Shown piece by piece: positions 1-9,661 of a DNA stretch of 64,000 nucleotides. Below the pieces are notes generated by a model, which did no database searches, was not told the DNA's origin, and worked only from the letters and a program-made list of their open reading frames with translations. Position 1 is the first letter of the stretch. Every line of letters starts with the position of its first letter. The stretch spans positions 14,400 through 78,399 of IMG/VR virus record IMGVR_UViG_3300049736_000695; one strand, written 5' to 3'. Origin of the DNA: a virus. A program made the position numbers and the translations under genes.

Positions 1-522
1 TTTAAGTACAGAGTTATTTCCGTATATTCAGAAAATCATCCTATCGTATATCATGACGCGTTAAGTTATTTTTGTCCAGCTCATGTAACTGATCTTTGCG
101 ATTATGGAATATATCCGGATGGGGAAGGCGTGCATTTTGAAAAGAAAATATTCTTTGATATTCATAAGATGATTGAAAGAGATCGCAAATTCGAATATCT
201 CTTTAACGGTACAAATAAGGAATATTATGATGCGGCTAAAAAAGTTATAAGTAATTATAAGTCTCATGGAGTAATGATATACAATATAGGACACTACGAT
301 TCGCGAATCAATAATATTATTGTACCTGTTGATAATCTTTTAGGTATTTTTGATAAATATGTTTATACAAAAGAAACACTTGATCCTGCGCCAAGGATTA
401 TACAGGAATGTAAATATCATAATAAAGAGATTATATTCGAAGCTACGAATAGAGGTGCTAAAGTTTATTTTGACAGACCAATTGAAAAGCCAAATGTGGA
501 GGCAATTATAGATGCAATATGA
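1..522 (+). CDS. Hypothetical protein, 5'-truncated by the window edge; first gene of the modification cluster
   Basis: Frame 1 is open from base 1 (FKYRVISVYSENHP...) to the stop at 522; the ORF-track GTG start at 130 is internal. Confidence 0.65.
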   Translation, partial: FKYRVISVYSENHPIVYHDALSYFCPAHVTDLCDYGIYPDGEGVHFEKKIFFDIHKMIERDRKFEYLFNGTNKEYYDAAKKVISNYKSHGVMIYNIGHYDSRINNIIVPVDNLLGIFDKYVYTKETLDPAPRIIQECKYHNKEIIFEATNRGAKVYFDRPIEKPNVEAIIDAI

Positions 523-533
523 ATGGAGTATGA

Positions 534-1220
534 ATGATACAAGATTCATTAAAAAATAAAAAACACGTTTGGCATTATGATACTAATATAGTTCCGAACG
601 AATCAGAAATAGAAGACATAGTAAGAGAATCTTATAAGTTTGGCCAATCAAAACAAAAAGCATTTGCATACGAAATTTTTATCTTAGGACCTGATTCTGA
701 ACGCAGCCAAAGATTAATGAATTTATGTGACGGAAACAGAATACAAGTTGACATAGATGCATACGGAAATAAAGGTGAAAATACTCATAGTAATATAAAA
801 AGAAGAATTAATGACGGCCTTGTGCATTTGCTAACAGCCCCATGGACTTTAGTTATTACACCTAGATTGACTGAACCTAATCCTTATATAGCTAAACTAT
901 GGAAAGAATCTGATTCATATTGGCAGCACTTAGACCCTGACTTTTGTGAACGCAATCGACAGATACCACTTGAAGTAGGATTACTAGTAAATACGATCAC
1001 TGGAATAACTTTAGATAAAGGCTTAGATATATCATACACACTTTGTGTACCAAAAAAGATAGAAGACATGGAAGATTTTCCTTATCTGACATTTACGCCA
1101 ATACTAATTGTAACTATAGGCAAAGCAAAAAAATATTATTATGAAAGGCTTACTGAAGAAGAAGCTTTAGAATATACTAAACCAGAATTTGAAGAAATAT
1201 TTAAGTTTGTAGATAGGTGA
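534..1220 (+). CDS. Nitroreductase-like (FMN-binding fold) protein
   Basis: N-terminal KHVWHYDTNIVP..IEDIVRES...SKQ..AYEIFILG and C-terminal GLDISYTLC...ILIVTIG pattern resemble the nitroreductase superfamily; GGAG SD. Confidence 0.55.
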   Translation: MIQDSLKNKKHVWHYDTNIVPNESEIEDIVRESYKFGQSKQKAFAYEIFILGPDSERSQRLMNLCDGNRIQVDIDAYGNKGENTHSNIKRRINDGLVHLLTAPWTLVITPRLTEPNPYIAKLWKESDSYWQHLDPDFCERNRQIPLEVGLLVNTITGITLDKGLDISYTLCVPKKIEDMEDFPYLTFTPILIVTIGKAKKYYYERLTEEEALEYTKPEFEEIFKFVDR

Positions 1221-1224
1221 TATA

Positions 1225-2289
1225 ATGAATTATGAAGGTTGGAATCAAGATTATCTTGAAAATAAAGAAGCATACATGAAACTTTTTGATAAGGTAATGC
1301 AAGAAGATAATGAAAAGAATGTAGAGTTTCTAGAAAAAAAGATAGCAAAATATGTAGGTAGGTCGCATGGTGTTTTAATTAATAGCGCCACTGATGCATT
1401 ACATTATTCGTTAAAGTGTTTAAATATCCAAGAAGGTGATGAGGTTCTAGTGAGTAATTTCTCATGGATATCGTCTGCATCTAGTATCCTTATGACAGGT
1501 GCATATCCTGTATTTTGTGATATTGATTTAGATTCTTACCATATCTCATTTGATGAAATTAAAAAGAACACTACGAGTAAAACTAAAGCCCTTATTTACA
1601 CTCATCTGTTTGGCAATATGACCGAAACAAAAGAGATAGAAAAATACTGTAAAGAAAACAACATAGCATTTATTGAGGATTCTGCACAATCACTCGGTTC
1701 AATCTATAAAAGTAGATATGCTGGCTCGATCGGTGATATTAGTTCTTTTAGTTTTAATCATAACAAAGTTATATCCGGTATTTCCGGCGGTGGTATTATT
1801 CTTACTGATAATAAAGAACATGCTGATATGGCTCGTAAACTAAGACGTCATGGTAAAGGTGATGACTATGAAATACTCGGATATAATTCAAAGATGTTTT
1901 ATATTAATGCTGCCTTTATTGAGTTTAGATTTGATAAGATAAAAGAGTATCAAATGGCAAGAACTAAAGTTGCCTATAAATATTATGAGGCATTACAGGA
2001 TATACCTATTATAACTCAGGAACCAGATGATATGACTGTGCTACATAATTACCATAAATTTGTGGTAAGATTTGAAAATAAAGAAATACGTGATGAAGTT
2101 AAAGATGAGTTAGGTGCAAAGATTCATTACGATTTACCGCTTGATCGCAATAAAGTTTTCTATCGACCTTATCACGCAAATAGCAATGCACAAATAGCAA
2201 GTGATACAATATTATCTTTGCCTTGTCATCCCTATGTAACAGAAGAAGAAGTACTAAAAACTAGTATGGTAATTGGATGTATGGCATGA
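1225..2289 (+). CDS. DegT/DnrJ/EryC1/StrS PLP-dependent sugar aminotransferase
   Basis: NSATDALH, GDEVLV, PVFCDID, HLFG, IEDSAQSLG, SFSFNHNK (PLP Lys), GGIILT, ILSLPCHP. Confidence 0.93.
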   Translation: MNYEGWNQDYLENKEAYMKLFDKVMQEDNEKNVEFLEKKIAKYVGRSHGVLINSATDALHYSLKCLNIQEGDEVLVSNFSWISSASSILMTGAYPVFCDIDLDSYHISFDEIKKNTTSKTKALIYTHLFGNMTETKEIEKYCKENNIAFIEDSAQSLGSIYKSRYAGSIGDISSFSFNHNKVISGISGGGIILTDNKEHADMARKLRRHGKGDDYEILGYNSKMFYINAAFIEFRFDKIKEYQMARTKVAYKYYEALQDIPIITQEPDDMTVLHNYHKFVVRFENKEIRDEVKDELGAKIHYDLPLDRNKVFYRPYHANSNAQIASDTILSLPCHPYVTEEEVLKTSMVIGCMA

Positions 2290-2936
2290 ACAGCGTTAAT
2301 CATAAAAAGCAAATGTATTTTTTAACTAGACGTAGTATTAATGTTGATATAACACACCGATGTTCATTAGAATGTCCTCGCTGTCAAAGATCCACATCTT
2401 TTATTTCCCATGGCATCAAGGTTCCAGGTGAAGATCTATCAATACAAAATTTTGCAAAGATAGTAAAGCATTTCAATCATGTAAACTTTTGTGGTCAAGT
2501 ATCTGATCCAGTACATCATCCTAAGTTCGTAGAGTTTCTAGAAATACTGTATAAAGAAAACAAAAGTACAGCTGTGCATCATGCTTCTGCCGCAAAAGGT
2601 ATGAATTGGTATCATAAAGCGTTTAAAGCTAATCCACACGCAAGATGGTGGTTAGCTCTAGATGGAACTCCAGATAGTAGCCCTATGTATAGAATAAACC
2701 AAGATGGATGGAAAATGTATGAAATAATGAAAATTGCTAAAGAACACTTGACAAATACTCCAGTTTGGCAATTTATAGTTTTTAGTTATAACGAAGACGA
2801 AATGGAAATAGCACATAAAATGGCTAAAGAAATAGGCATAGATTTTGTAATAATAAACTCGTCTAGATGGCTAGGAAAAGACGATCCATTGAAACCATCA
2901 AATCCTGAATTATCGTTGAGTTTGAATGATGGATGA
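2286..2936 (+). CDS. Radical SAM enzyme (core only, no fused SPASM)
   Basis: CSLECPRC (CxxxCxxC), FCGQVSDP, ALDG..YR; ATGA overlap with upstream stop. Confidence 0.88.
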   Translation: MNSVNHKKQMYFLTRRSINVDITHRCSLECPRCQRSTSFISHGIKVPGEDLSIQNFAKIVKHFNHVNFCGQVSDPVHHPKFVEFLEILYKENKSTAVHHASAAKGMNWYHKAFKANPHARWWLALDGTPDSSPMYRINQDGWKMYEIMKIAKEHLTNTPVWQFIVFSYNEDEMEIAHKMAKEIGIDFVIINSSRWLGKDDPLKPSNPELSLSLNDG

Positions 2937-3354
2937 AAAACAAAAACAGGCTCTGTATAATCCTGAAAGAACTGCAGTAGATGATGCTGAATTTTCTGAA
3001 TGGAAGAGTTATGAGCTGGATCCTAAATGCTTAGATGACAGACAGCCATCGTTTGCTTTGACTAATAGAGGTGAATTAATCCCATGTTGTTGGATGGACA
3101 CCCAAGTTAATCGTCATGATGAAGATTACCAAAAACTATTAGCAGTAAGTAAAATAGAAGATTATGATTCAATAGGTGAAATACTATTTACTGATGAATG
3201 GATACAGTTTTCAAAAAATATTTCAAATGGTATTGGCTTTATATTCTGTTACCGAGCGTGTAAAAAAAGAGAAACTCCACAACAGAAACGTGAAAGCTTT
3301 TATAAAAATGACGCATCGGATTTAGATGATATATCAAGAATCAAAGAATTATAA
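2926..3354 (+). CDS. Stand-alone SPASM/twitch Fe-S domain protein
   Basis: KC...ALTNRGELIPCCW...CYRAC. Confidence 0.7.
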   Translation: MMDEKQKQALYNPERTAVDDAEFSEWKSYELDPKCLDDRQPSFALTNRGELIPCCWMDTQVNRHDEDYQKLLAVSKIEDYDSIGEILFTDEWIQFSKNISNGIGFIFCYRACKKRETPQQKRESFYKNDASDLDDISRIKEL

Positions 3355-3366
3355 GAGATTTATTTA

Positions 3367-4068
3367 ATGTGGTCTAAATATAATTGTAATGTGCTGTGTG
3401 ATCTTACGACTCATTGTAATGCTAAGTGTCCTCAGTGTTCTAGAACTAATCATAAAGGATTAACTCGAAACGAATACGTACCATTAAAACATGTTGATCT
3501 AAAAGAATGGATTGATATGTATGAAAAGTCGTATTCACATATCAGATCATTTCATTTCTCTGGGCAATGGGGAGACGCAATGATGAATCCTTATGTTGAA
3601 GATATATTTAAGCATATAGTAGATAATTCAAAAGCTTGGATTAGTTTTTCTACAAATGGATCGTTAAGAGACGAAGAATTTTTTTGGCGTATTGGATCAC
3701 TAACAAATAAAATATCGGGTATTTTTGACATGGATGGTATTACGCAAGAAACGCATGAATATTATAGACGCAATACAAATCTAAGTAAAGTAATGAATAA
3801 CTGTGAAACATTTGCAATGACTAATTCTAAGACCGAAGTCTTTACTGTTGTGTTTAAACATAATCAACATGAAATTGATAAAATAACTAAATGGTGTAAC
3901 GACCGCGGTATTGTTCATAAGCCTTTTCAATCAAATCGTTTTATAAGAACTCCTACGTGCAAATACACATGGAAAGGCAAAGAATATATATTAGAGCAAA
4001 CAACAGATAAAAGATTCTTAGATGTATATGAAGAAGACGGTAGGACGGTAAGAGATTGGCGAAAATAG
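3367..4068 (+). CDS. Radical SAM enzyme (core only)
   Basis: CNAKCPQC, FSGQWGDAMMNP, STNGS, DMDG..THEYYRR, VFKHNQHEI. Confidence 0.9.
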   Translation: MWSKYNCNVLCDLTTHCNAKCPQCSRTNHKGLTRNEYVPLKHVDLKEWIDMYEKSYSHIRSFHFSGQWGDAMMNPYVEDIFKHIVDNSKAWISFSTNGSLRDEEFFWRIGSLTNKISGIFDMDGITQETHEYYRRNTNLSKVMNNCETFAMTNSKTEVFTVVFKHNQHEIDKITKWCNDRGIVHKPFQSNRFIRTPTCKYTWKGKEYILEQTTDKRFLDVYEEDGRTVRDWRK

Positions 4069-4364
4069 TTTGTGAGTGGGCTGAAGATAATAAAGTCTAT
4101 GTTGATGAAAATGGTAATGTATACCCATGCTGTTATTGGCATCATGAAATTAGAACGCGGAGAGTTGAAATTCAGCCAGAGTTTATTATAAATTACAGTA
4201 AACAAGTAGATATTGGTAAGTGGAACTTAAAAGATCAGTCGTTGATTGAAATTACAAATAGTGATTTTTATCAACGTGAATTAAAAGAACATATTGAAGG
4301 CGAATCGCCCAATAAAGTTTGTAAATGGCAATGTGGTAATGAAAAGCATAAAACAGCTGAATGA
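4056..4364 (+). CDS. Stand-alone SPASM/twitch Fe-S domain protein
   Basis: CEW...VYVDENGNVYPCCY...WNLKDQSLIEI...CKWQC; TTG start overlapping the upstream stop. Confidence 0.75.
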   Translation: MAKIVCEWAEDNKVYVDENGNVYPCCYWHHEIRTRRVEIQPEFIINYSKQVDIGKWNLKDQSLIEITNSDFYQRELKEHIEGESPNKVCKWQCGNEKHKTAE

Positions 4365-5151
4365 AGAAGGCTATCTTGCGATAGACTTCTACCTCTCAAA
4401 GTCTTGTAATAAGTCGTGTCATTATTGTACGGCATGGACTTTACAAATGAGAAACCTTGATGTAGATATGGAGTTCTTAAGTAATACACTTAAGTATTTG
4501 TCTCCATATAAAGCACGTATACAATTGCTAGGTGGAGAGCCGGGTCTTATTAAAAATCTAGATGAAGTGTTAAATGAAATTAAGAAGTATAAGAATCTTG
4601 TACCATCAGTGTTATCAAATTCATTTGTACGAAATCGCTACCCGCATATTCTAGAAGATCCTTCAATTGTATATCAAGAACATTTGGTCTTAGACTTTTA
4701 TGAAGATAATATTGAAAAGCTTGGCAACTACGACTTCTTTGAAGAAAATGATAAAAACAATTATAACGTAATTATTATGACACCAAACTATTTTAAGTAT
4801 CGCGAAAACTTTGATCTTTCAATTGTAGATCATAACAATACACTGTTTAAACATTTTAACTCACGATCGCCTGATTATGATATAGAAGAACAAGCACCCG
4901 AATTTGAACGTAGAATGTGTGCAGCATTTCCAAAAGTACCAGTAATAGATTTCGAGATTCAAAAAATTAGGCATTGCAGTAAAAAGGTAATTAATGGATC
5001 AAGACAATTTGATGTTACAAAAGAAAACATAGATAAGATGATGAACTATGAATTATTTGAGTTTGAAGAATATTGTAAGAAATGTACTGAACATATTGAA
5101 AAAAGAACAGACGATCAGATATTAAAAATTATGGAAGCAGGGAATGTTTAG
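4339..5151 (+). CDS. Radical SAM enzyme with C-terminal Cys-rich (twitch-like) extension
   Basis: CNKSCHYC, LLGGEPGL, C-terminal MC..RHC..YCKKC. Confidence 0.88.
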   Translation: MKSIKQLNEEGYLAIDFYLSKSCNKSCHYCTAWTLQMRNLDVDMEFLSNTLKYLSPYKARIQLLGGEPGLIKNLDEVLNEIKKYKNLVPSVLSNSFVRNRYPHILEDPSIVYQEHLVLDFYEDNIEKLGNYDFFEENDKNNYNVIIMTPNYFKYRENFDLSIVDHNNTLFKHFNSRSPDYDIEEQAPEFERRMCAAFPKVPVIDFEIQKIRHCSKKVINGSRQFDVTKENIDKMMNYELFEFEEYCKKCTEHIEKRTDDQILKIMEAGNV

Positions 5152-6532
5152 TGTAGCAATTGGACCACACGATCACAATACATATGATGGAAAATACCAT
5201 AATCAAATAGAAAGACATAGTCGTATCAAGCATAACTTTGATAAGACGCAAGAATTTTTTAATGATTATTATAAACCAAATAATCCTCTTTGTATTACTG
5301 CCACAATCGGTGGAATAGAAAACACGGGATTTAATCATAAGTGTTTATCTTTTAAACCTAAAAAGCTGTGGGATTATTGGTATGAAGATAATCTATACTA
5401 TATAGATCATCACCAATCACATGCCGTCTATGCACTACTAACATCAGGTTTTTCTCAGTCAGATGTTTTAGCTATTGACGGTAGAGGTTGGAATTATAAA
5501 TGTGTTTTCTTTGATAAGAATGGTAACATTACTGATCTATCAAATAAAATACAAATAGGATTACAGTGGAATTATTTTTCGAAAAGACTGGGGTTTGGCG
5601 ATCTTGGTGCCGGTAAGCTTATGGGATTATCAGCTTACGGTGAATATAATATTGCAATACATTTAGCAATCGAAAACCAAAATTATGATTACCTACTAAA
5701 TGCTAAAAAAGAAGACATAGCCGCAACATTACAACATCATACCATTGAGCTTGTAAAACAGCATGTTCTTCCTCTTAAATCCTGTGATAACATTTGCGTT
5801 GCTGGTGGCGTTGCGTATAACGGATATATGAACGAAGAGTTTACAAAGCATTACGATAAAGTACATGTACCGCCGGCACCAGGAGATGAAGGTCAATCAC
5901 TTGGCACTTATATGCATGCTGACTATATCTTAAACAACAACATTCATGTTCCGGAAACATACGCTGGTAAAGAATATAATTTTGATGAAGGTGATCCTAT
6001 TACACCGAGAGAAGTTGGTGAAGCAATAGCAGCTGGTAAGATTGTTGGATGGTTTCATGGTAAATCTGAATCAGGTAATAGAGCATTAGGCAATCGTAGC
6101 ATTCTTGCAGATCCACGTAATCCTAAAATTAAAGACATTATTAATAAAACTATTAAACAAAGAGAAGACTTTCGTCCATTTGCACCATCAGTTCTGGAAG
6201 GACACTATCCGTATTACTTTAATACTAATCAATCAAGTCCTTATATGTCTCGTATCGTACCAGTTAAGTCTCACCTTCATGATGTCATTCCAGGCGTAAC
6301 GCATGTTGATGGTACTGCACGAATACAAACAGTAAATAGAAAACAAAATGAAAAATTTCACGAAGTAATACAAGGGTTCTATCAAGCAACTGGTGTACCA
6401 ATGGTACTCAACACTAGTTTTAATTGTAAGGAACCGATTGTTGAAACTCCGGAAGATGCAATAAATACTTTTAATAAAACACAATTAGATATGTTGGTAA
6501 TAAATGAACGTAGTGTGCGTAAAATGGGGTAA
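5144..6532 (+). CDS. Carbamoyltransferase (NodU/CmcH/TobZ family)
   Basis: HDH, DHHQSHA, IDGRG, GKLMGLSAYG, AGGVAYN, PAPGDEG, GNRALGNRSILADP, KQREDFRPFAPS, HVDGTARIQTV, LNTSFN..EPIVETP. Confidence 0.95.
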   Translation: MFSVAIGPHDHNTYDGKYHNQIERHSRIKHNFDKTQEFFNDYYKPNNPLCITATIGGIENTGFNHKCLSFKPKKLWDYWYEDNLYYIDHHQSHAVYALLTSGFSQSDVLAIDGRGWNYKCVFFDKNGNITDLSNKIQIGLQWNYFSKRLGFGDLGAGKLMGLSAYGEYNIAIHLAIENQNYDYLLNAKKEDIAATLQHHTIELVKQHVLPLKSCDNICVAGGVAYNGYMNEEFTKHYDKVHVPPAPGDEGQSLGTYMHADYILNNNIHVPETYAGKEYNFDEGDPITPREVGEAIAAGKIVGWFHGKSESGNRALGNRSILADPRNPKIKDIINKTIKQREDFRPFAPSVLEGHYPYYFNTNQSSPYMSRIVPVKSHLHDVIPGVTHVDGTARIQTVNRKQNEKFHEVIQGFYQATGVPMVLNTSFNCKEPIVETPEDAINTFNKTQLDMLVINERSVRKMG

Positions 6533-7202
6533 TAAGTTTGATTCATTTCATGTGAATCGACTATATAAAATGGTAAAGCGAAATCTGCAGTGTGATTTTA
6601 ATTTTATATGTTATACTGAAGACGCAAATGGCATTGATCGTAACGTTATTATACAACCATTGCCTGATTATGATTTAGAAAAATGGTGGTGGAAACTTAC
6701 TCTCTTCGAATATCCCACTAGAACTCTTACAATATTTTTAGATCTAGATGTTGTAATTCAAAATGACATTACGCACTTTAAAGATTATTGTGTAGATGAC
6801 ATGTTATGTTTAGTAAAAGCATATTGGAAACCATATATGTCAATAGTAGAAGAAGAATTTGATGTTGATATTAATTCTTCTATTATGATATGGAATGGCG
6901 ATTGTACCGATATATGGAAATCATTTTATAATGACTATGAACATTACATATGGAAATACGCTGGAATAGATCGTTACTTGTATTACAACCAGTCAGATAA
7001 ATTATTGTATTTGCCAGAAGGTGAAGCCTATTCGCGATTATATGGAACAAATAAGTTTAACTACAATTTATATGGGCATGGTTTAAAAAGACTTTTCTAT
7101 AGACCAGAAATACCTGTTTGTATTTTTGATGGATGGAATTTAGGTATTAATAAACCATTTGATGAAGGAGGATATAATGGCTTTGAAAAATATTGGAATT
7201 GA
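6504..7202 (+). CDS. Glycosyltransferase-like protein (GT-A fold, DxD)
   Basis: VVCVKWG..F...VNRLY.MV.RN, WWWKLTLF, FLDLDVVI, NSSIMIW. Confidence 0.75.
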   Translation: MNVVCVKWGNKFDSFHVNRLYKMVKRNLQCDFNFICYTEDANGIDRNVIIQPLPDYDLEKWWWKLTLFEYPTRTLTIFLDLDVVIQNDITHFKDYCVDDMLCLVKAYWKPYMSIVEEEFDVDINSSIMIWNGDCTDIWKSFYNDYEHYIWKYAGIDRYLYYNQSDKLLYLPEGEAYSRLYGTNKFNYNLYGHGLKRLFYRPEIPVCIFDGWNLGINKPFDEGGYNGFEKYWN

Positions 7203-7782
7203 TATTTTTAAAAATATTATAGCAGAAGCTAGACATAATACTAACTTATTAGATTCTTATAGTCCTAATCAATTCAAGTCAAAAGAAAGCTTAATTAAAC
7301 TAATACAAAAATTAGAGTTATTAAACCCTCATATCACAATACTCGGTAGTTGGTATGGAAGTATTTTAATACCCGCATTTGTAGATCAAGCCGAAAAGAT
7401 AACATGCATTGACTTAGAAGATATGTGCATTCGAATTGCTAAAAACAGATTGTTTAAAAAATATAAAAATATCGAATATTATAACGAAGATGTATTTGAT
7501 CCTATATGCCATAATAGAATTAAAAATTCTAACTTAATTATAAACACTTCATGTGAACACATGTCTAATATGTCAGAACTACCAGCACTGTATGAAAGTA
7601 ACGCGTACTTCGCATTTCAATCTAATAACATGTATAACATACCCACACATATAAATTGTGTTGCAAGCATTGACGAGTTTTATTTTCAACTGCCACACAA
7701 CGCAACTGTTATAGCAGAAGATGAAGTAGAAGATGATAGAGGTACTAGGTTTACACTTATTGGTAAATTATGCGCAGAGTAA
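7177..7782 (+). CDS. Class I SAM-dependent methyltransferase-like protein
   Basis: ILGSWYG motif I variant, CIDLE motif II, INTSCEHM; GGAGG SD before ATG 7177. Confidence 0.65.
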   Translation: MALKNIGIDIFKNIIAEARHNTNLLDSYSPNQFKSKESLIKLIQKLELLNPHITILGSWYGSILIPAFVDQAEKITCIDLEDMCIRIAKNRLFKKYKNIEYYNEDVFDPICHNRIKNSNLIINTSCEHMSNMSELPALYESNAYFAFQSNNMYNIPTHINCVASIDEFYFQLPHNATVIAEDEVEDDRGTRFTLIGKLCAE

Positions 7783-8558
7783 TATACAGTCTTTATATTG
7801 ATATGCAAAAACCTGTATCTCACTTTGAAAACCAAAAAAAGTTTAATGACAACTATGATTGGCTTTTAAAAAAACAAATGGCATATGCTGATACGATTGG
7901 AGTTGAGTATAAGCATTTTACATATGACGACGATTATATAGAATTTAGTAAACAGTTTGGTCCTGAAATATCTGAATATAATATCATTAATTTTTATAAG
8001 TTGCATCTCTTATATACTTTAGACTATGAAGAAATACTATATCTTGATTTAGATGTTATACCAGTGACAAATGAAAACTTTTTTGAAGTTTGGGATCTAT
8101 CAAAAGGCATTGCAATTATGTCAGAAGATTGGTTCTGTAAAGACAGACATAGACAACACCATACCATACGATCTCCTCTTGCAAAATACTGGAATGCCCG
8201 CGCAATGCTAGGTGAAATTCATCCTGTATTTAATACAGGTATTATAGGTGCTAATAAAAAATCTTTAGACGAACTAGACTATTTTGGCAATTTTGAAAAA
8301 ACAATAGATTTTATGACTGATCTTATTAATGATGAATTTTGGCCGGATGATATTAGAAATTTATTTGGTTACGATAATGAAACGATGTTTGCATATAAGT
8401 TATTTGGTCAAGGTTTAAAATATCAGAATCTATATGAAACTGGCTGGCACTTCTTTATGGATAAGTGGAGCTTTATACCAAAAAATACAAAATTTGTACA
8501 TTGTATAAACAAAGATTTCAGTTACGTAAAAGGTTGGTATGACAAACATTATATTTGA
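7770..8558 (+). CDS. Glycosyltransferase (GT-A, DxD)
   Basis: FYKLHLL, ILYLDLDVIP, FNTGIIG, DNET, FVHCINK. Confidence 0.75.
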   Translation: MRRVIYSLYIDMQKPVSHFENQKKFNDNYDWLLKKQMAYADTIGVEYKHFTYDDDYIEFSKQFGPEISEYNIINFYKLHLLYTLDYEEILYLDLDVIPVTNENFFEVWDLSKGIAIMSEDWFCKDRHRQHHTIRSPLAKYWNARAMLGEIHPVFNTGIIGANKKSLDELDYFGNFEKTIDFMTDLINDEFWPDDIRNLFGYDNETMFAYKLFGQGLKYQNLYETGWHFFMDKWSFIPKNTKFVHCINKDFSYVKGWYDKHYI

Positions 8559-9183
8559 CATATGGATTGATTTTGGCGATAAACAGTGGTTAGCTTACAA
8601 AGACATTTTAATCGAAAAACATAAAAAGTATGCAGAGCTTTGTGACGCAGAATATAAACACTACAATATAAAACGCGAAAATAAAATCGATTTTACTACT
8701 TTAAATTTTATGAAAATTTATATTGCAGAAGACTTAGCTCAAAAATATAACAAGGTTTTGTATTTAGATTTAGATGTTATACCAAGAACCAAAATAAACT
8801 TTTTTGAATATCACGATTTCAGTAAATTGTTATGTCATAGAACATTAGCGCCTCTTTGGAAAATTAATAGAAAAAGACTAATGTTAGAATCAGAGGGAAT
8901 TAATTCTGAACATAATGTAATAAATACGGGAGTGTTTGGCATAACAAAGGAAATTTGCAATCTTATAAAATTTCAAAAAAGGGAAAAAGAAATAAATCTA
9001 GAATATTCAAATGAATATGCTGCTAATAACGAAATTTATTTATCATATATTGTAGAAAAATATAATGTGCCGTATACCGATATTGGTAAAGCATGGAACT
9101 TTATAGTTGACGAAGCCTATCCTAAATCAGATGCATGTCATTTTTTACATATGTCTACAAAGGAATTTAGTTCTGTTTTATGA
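8539..9183 (+). CDS. Glycosyltransferase (GT-A), paralog of 7770..8558
   Basis: FMKIY, VLYLDLDVIP.T..NFFE, INTGVFG, NNE, WNF, FLH. Confidence 0.75.
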   Translation: MTNIIFDIWIDFGDKQWLAYKDILIEKHKKYAELCDAEYKHYNIKRENKIDFTTLNFMKIYIAEDLAQKYNKVLYLDLDVIPRTKINFFEYHDFSKLLCHRTLAPLWKINRKRLMLESEGINSEHNVINTGVFGITKEICNLIKFQKREKEINLEYSNEYAANNEIYLSYIVEKYNVPYTDIGKAWNFIVDEAYPKSDACHFLHMSTKEFSSVL

Positions 9184-9661
9184 TTTGAATTGCTGATTCT
9201 AAAGCATCGATAGTATTAACCGCTTTTCGTATTTTAGCCTTTGCTTCTCTATCAGTTGAATTTTTAATAGCATCAAATTCAAACAATGCAAGTTTAAAAG
9301 CAAATAAAGATTCCTTTGCGGTTTGTTCGTTTTCGTCTTCAATAAAAATAATATCTAAAAGTTTTTTGTACGAATCGCTATTTTTTTCATCAAATTCTAA
9401 AAGCATGCCGCGCTTTTTAGCAATTGCCATAACCTCACTTTCATAATCTTCTTGAGATTGTCTAATGTACTCATGAGTTGATTCGTGCAATTCATCAATA
9501 GTAATATGTTTTAAAAGTTTTTTCCACTGAGGATTACCATCTTCTGCAGAAATAACATAAGGTATTTGATTGCCTTCATCATCCGCATAATATGCTTTTA
9601 CTTCTGTTCTTTCATTATTTCCAAAGTGTGCTCTAATAAATTTCATTTGCGTTATCCTCAA
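9167..9661 (-). CDS. Hypothetical protein at the end of the virion operon
   Basis: 164 aa ORF with GAGG SD, coupled to the upstream gene. Confidence 0.7.
   Translation of the reverse strand: MRITQMKFIRAHFGNNERTEVKAYYADDEGNQIPYVISAEDGNPQWKKLLKHITIDELHESTHEYIRQSQEDYESEVMAIAKKRGMLLEFDEKNSDSYKKLLDIIFIEDENEQTAKESLFAFKLALFEFDAIKNSTDREAKAKIRKAVNTIDALESAIQIIKQN

Noticed and set aside
534-1220. Nitroreductase-like gene as BluB supplying B12 for NrdJ
   Set aside because: No BluB-specific evidence; its context is the sugar-modification cluster
2286-5151. Radical SAM/SPASM genes as a RiPP pathway
   Set aside because: No precursor peptide, RRE, protease or transporter visible; neighbours are sugar enzymes (the cluster start is outside the window, so not fully excluded)
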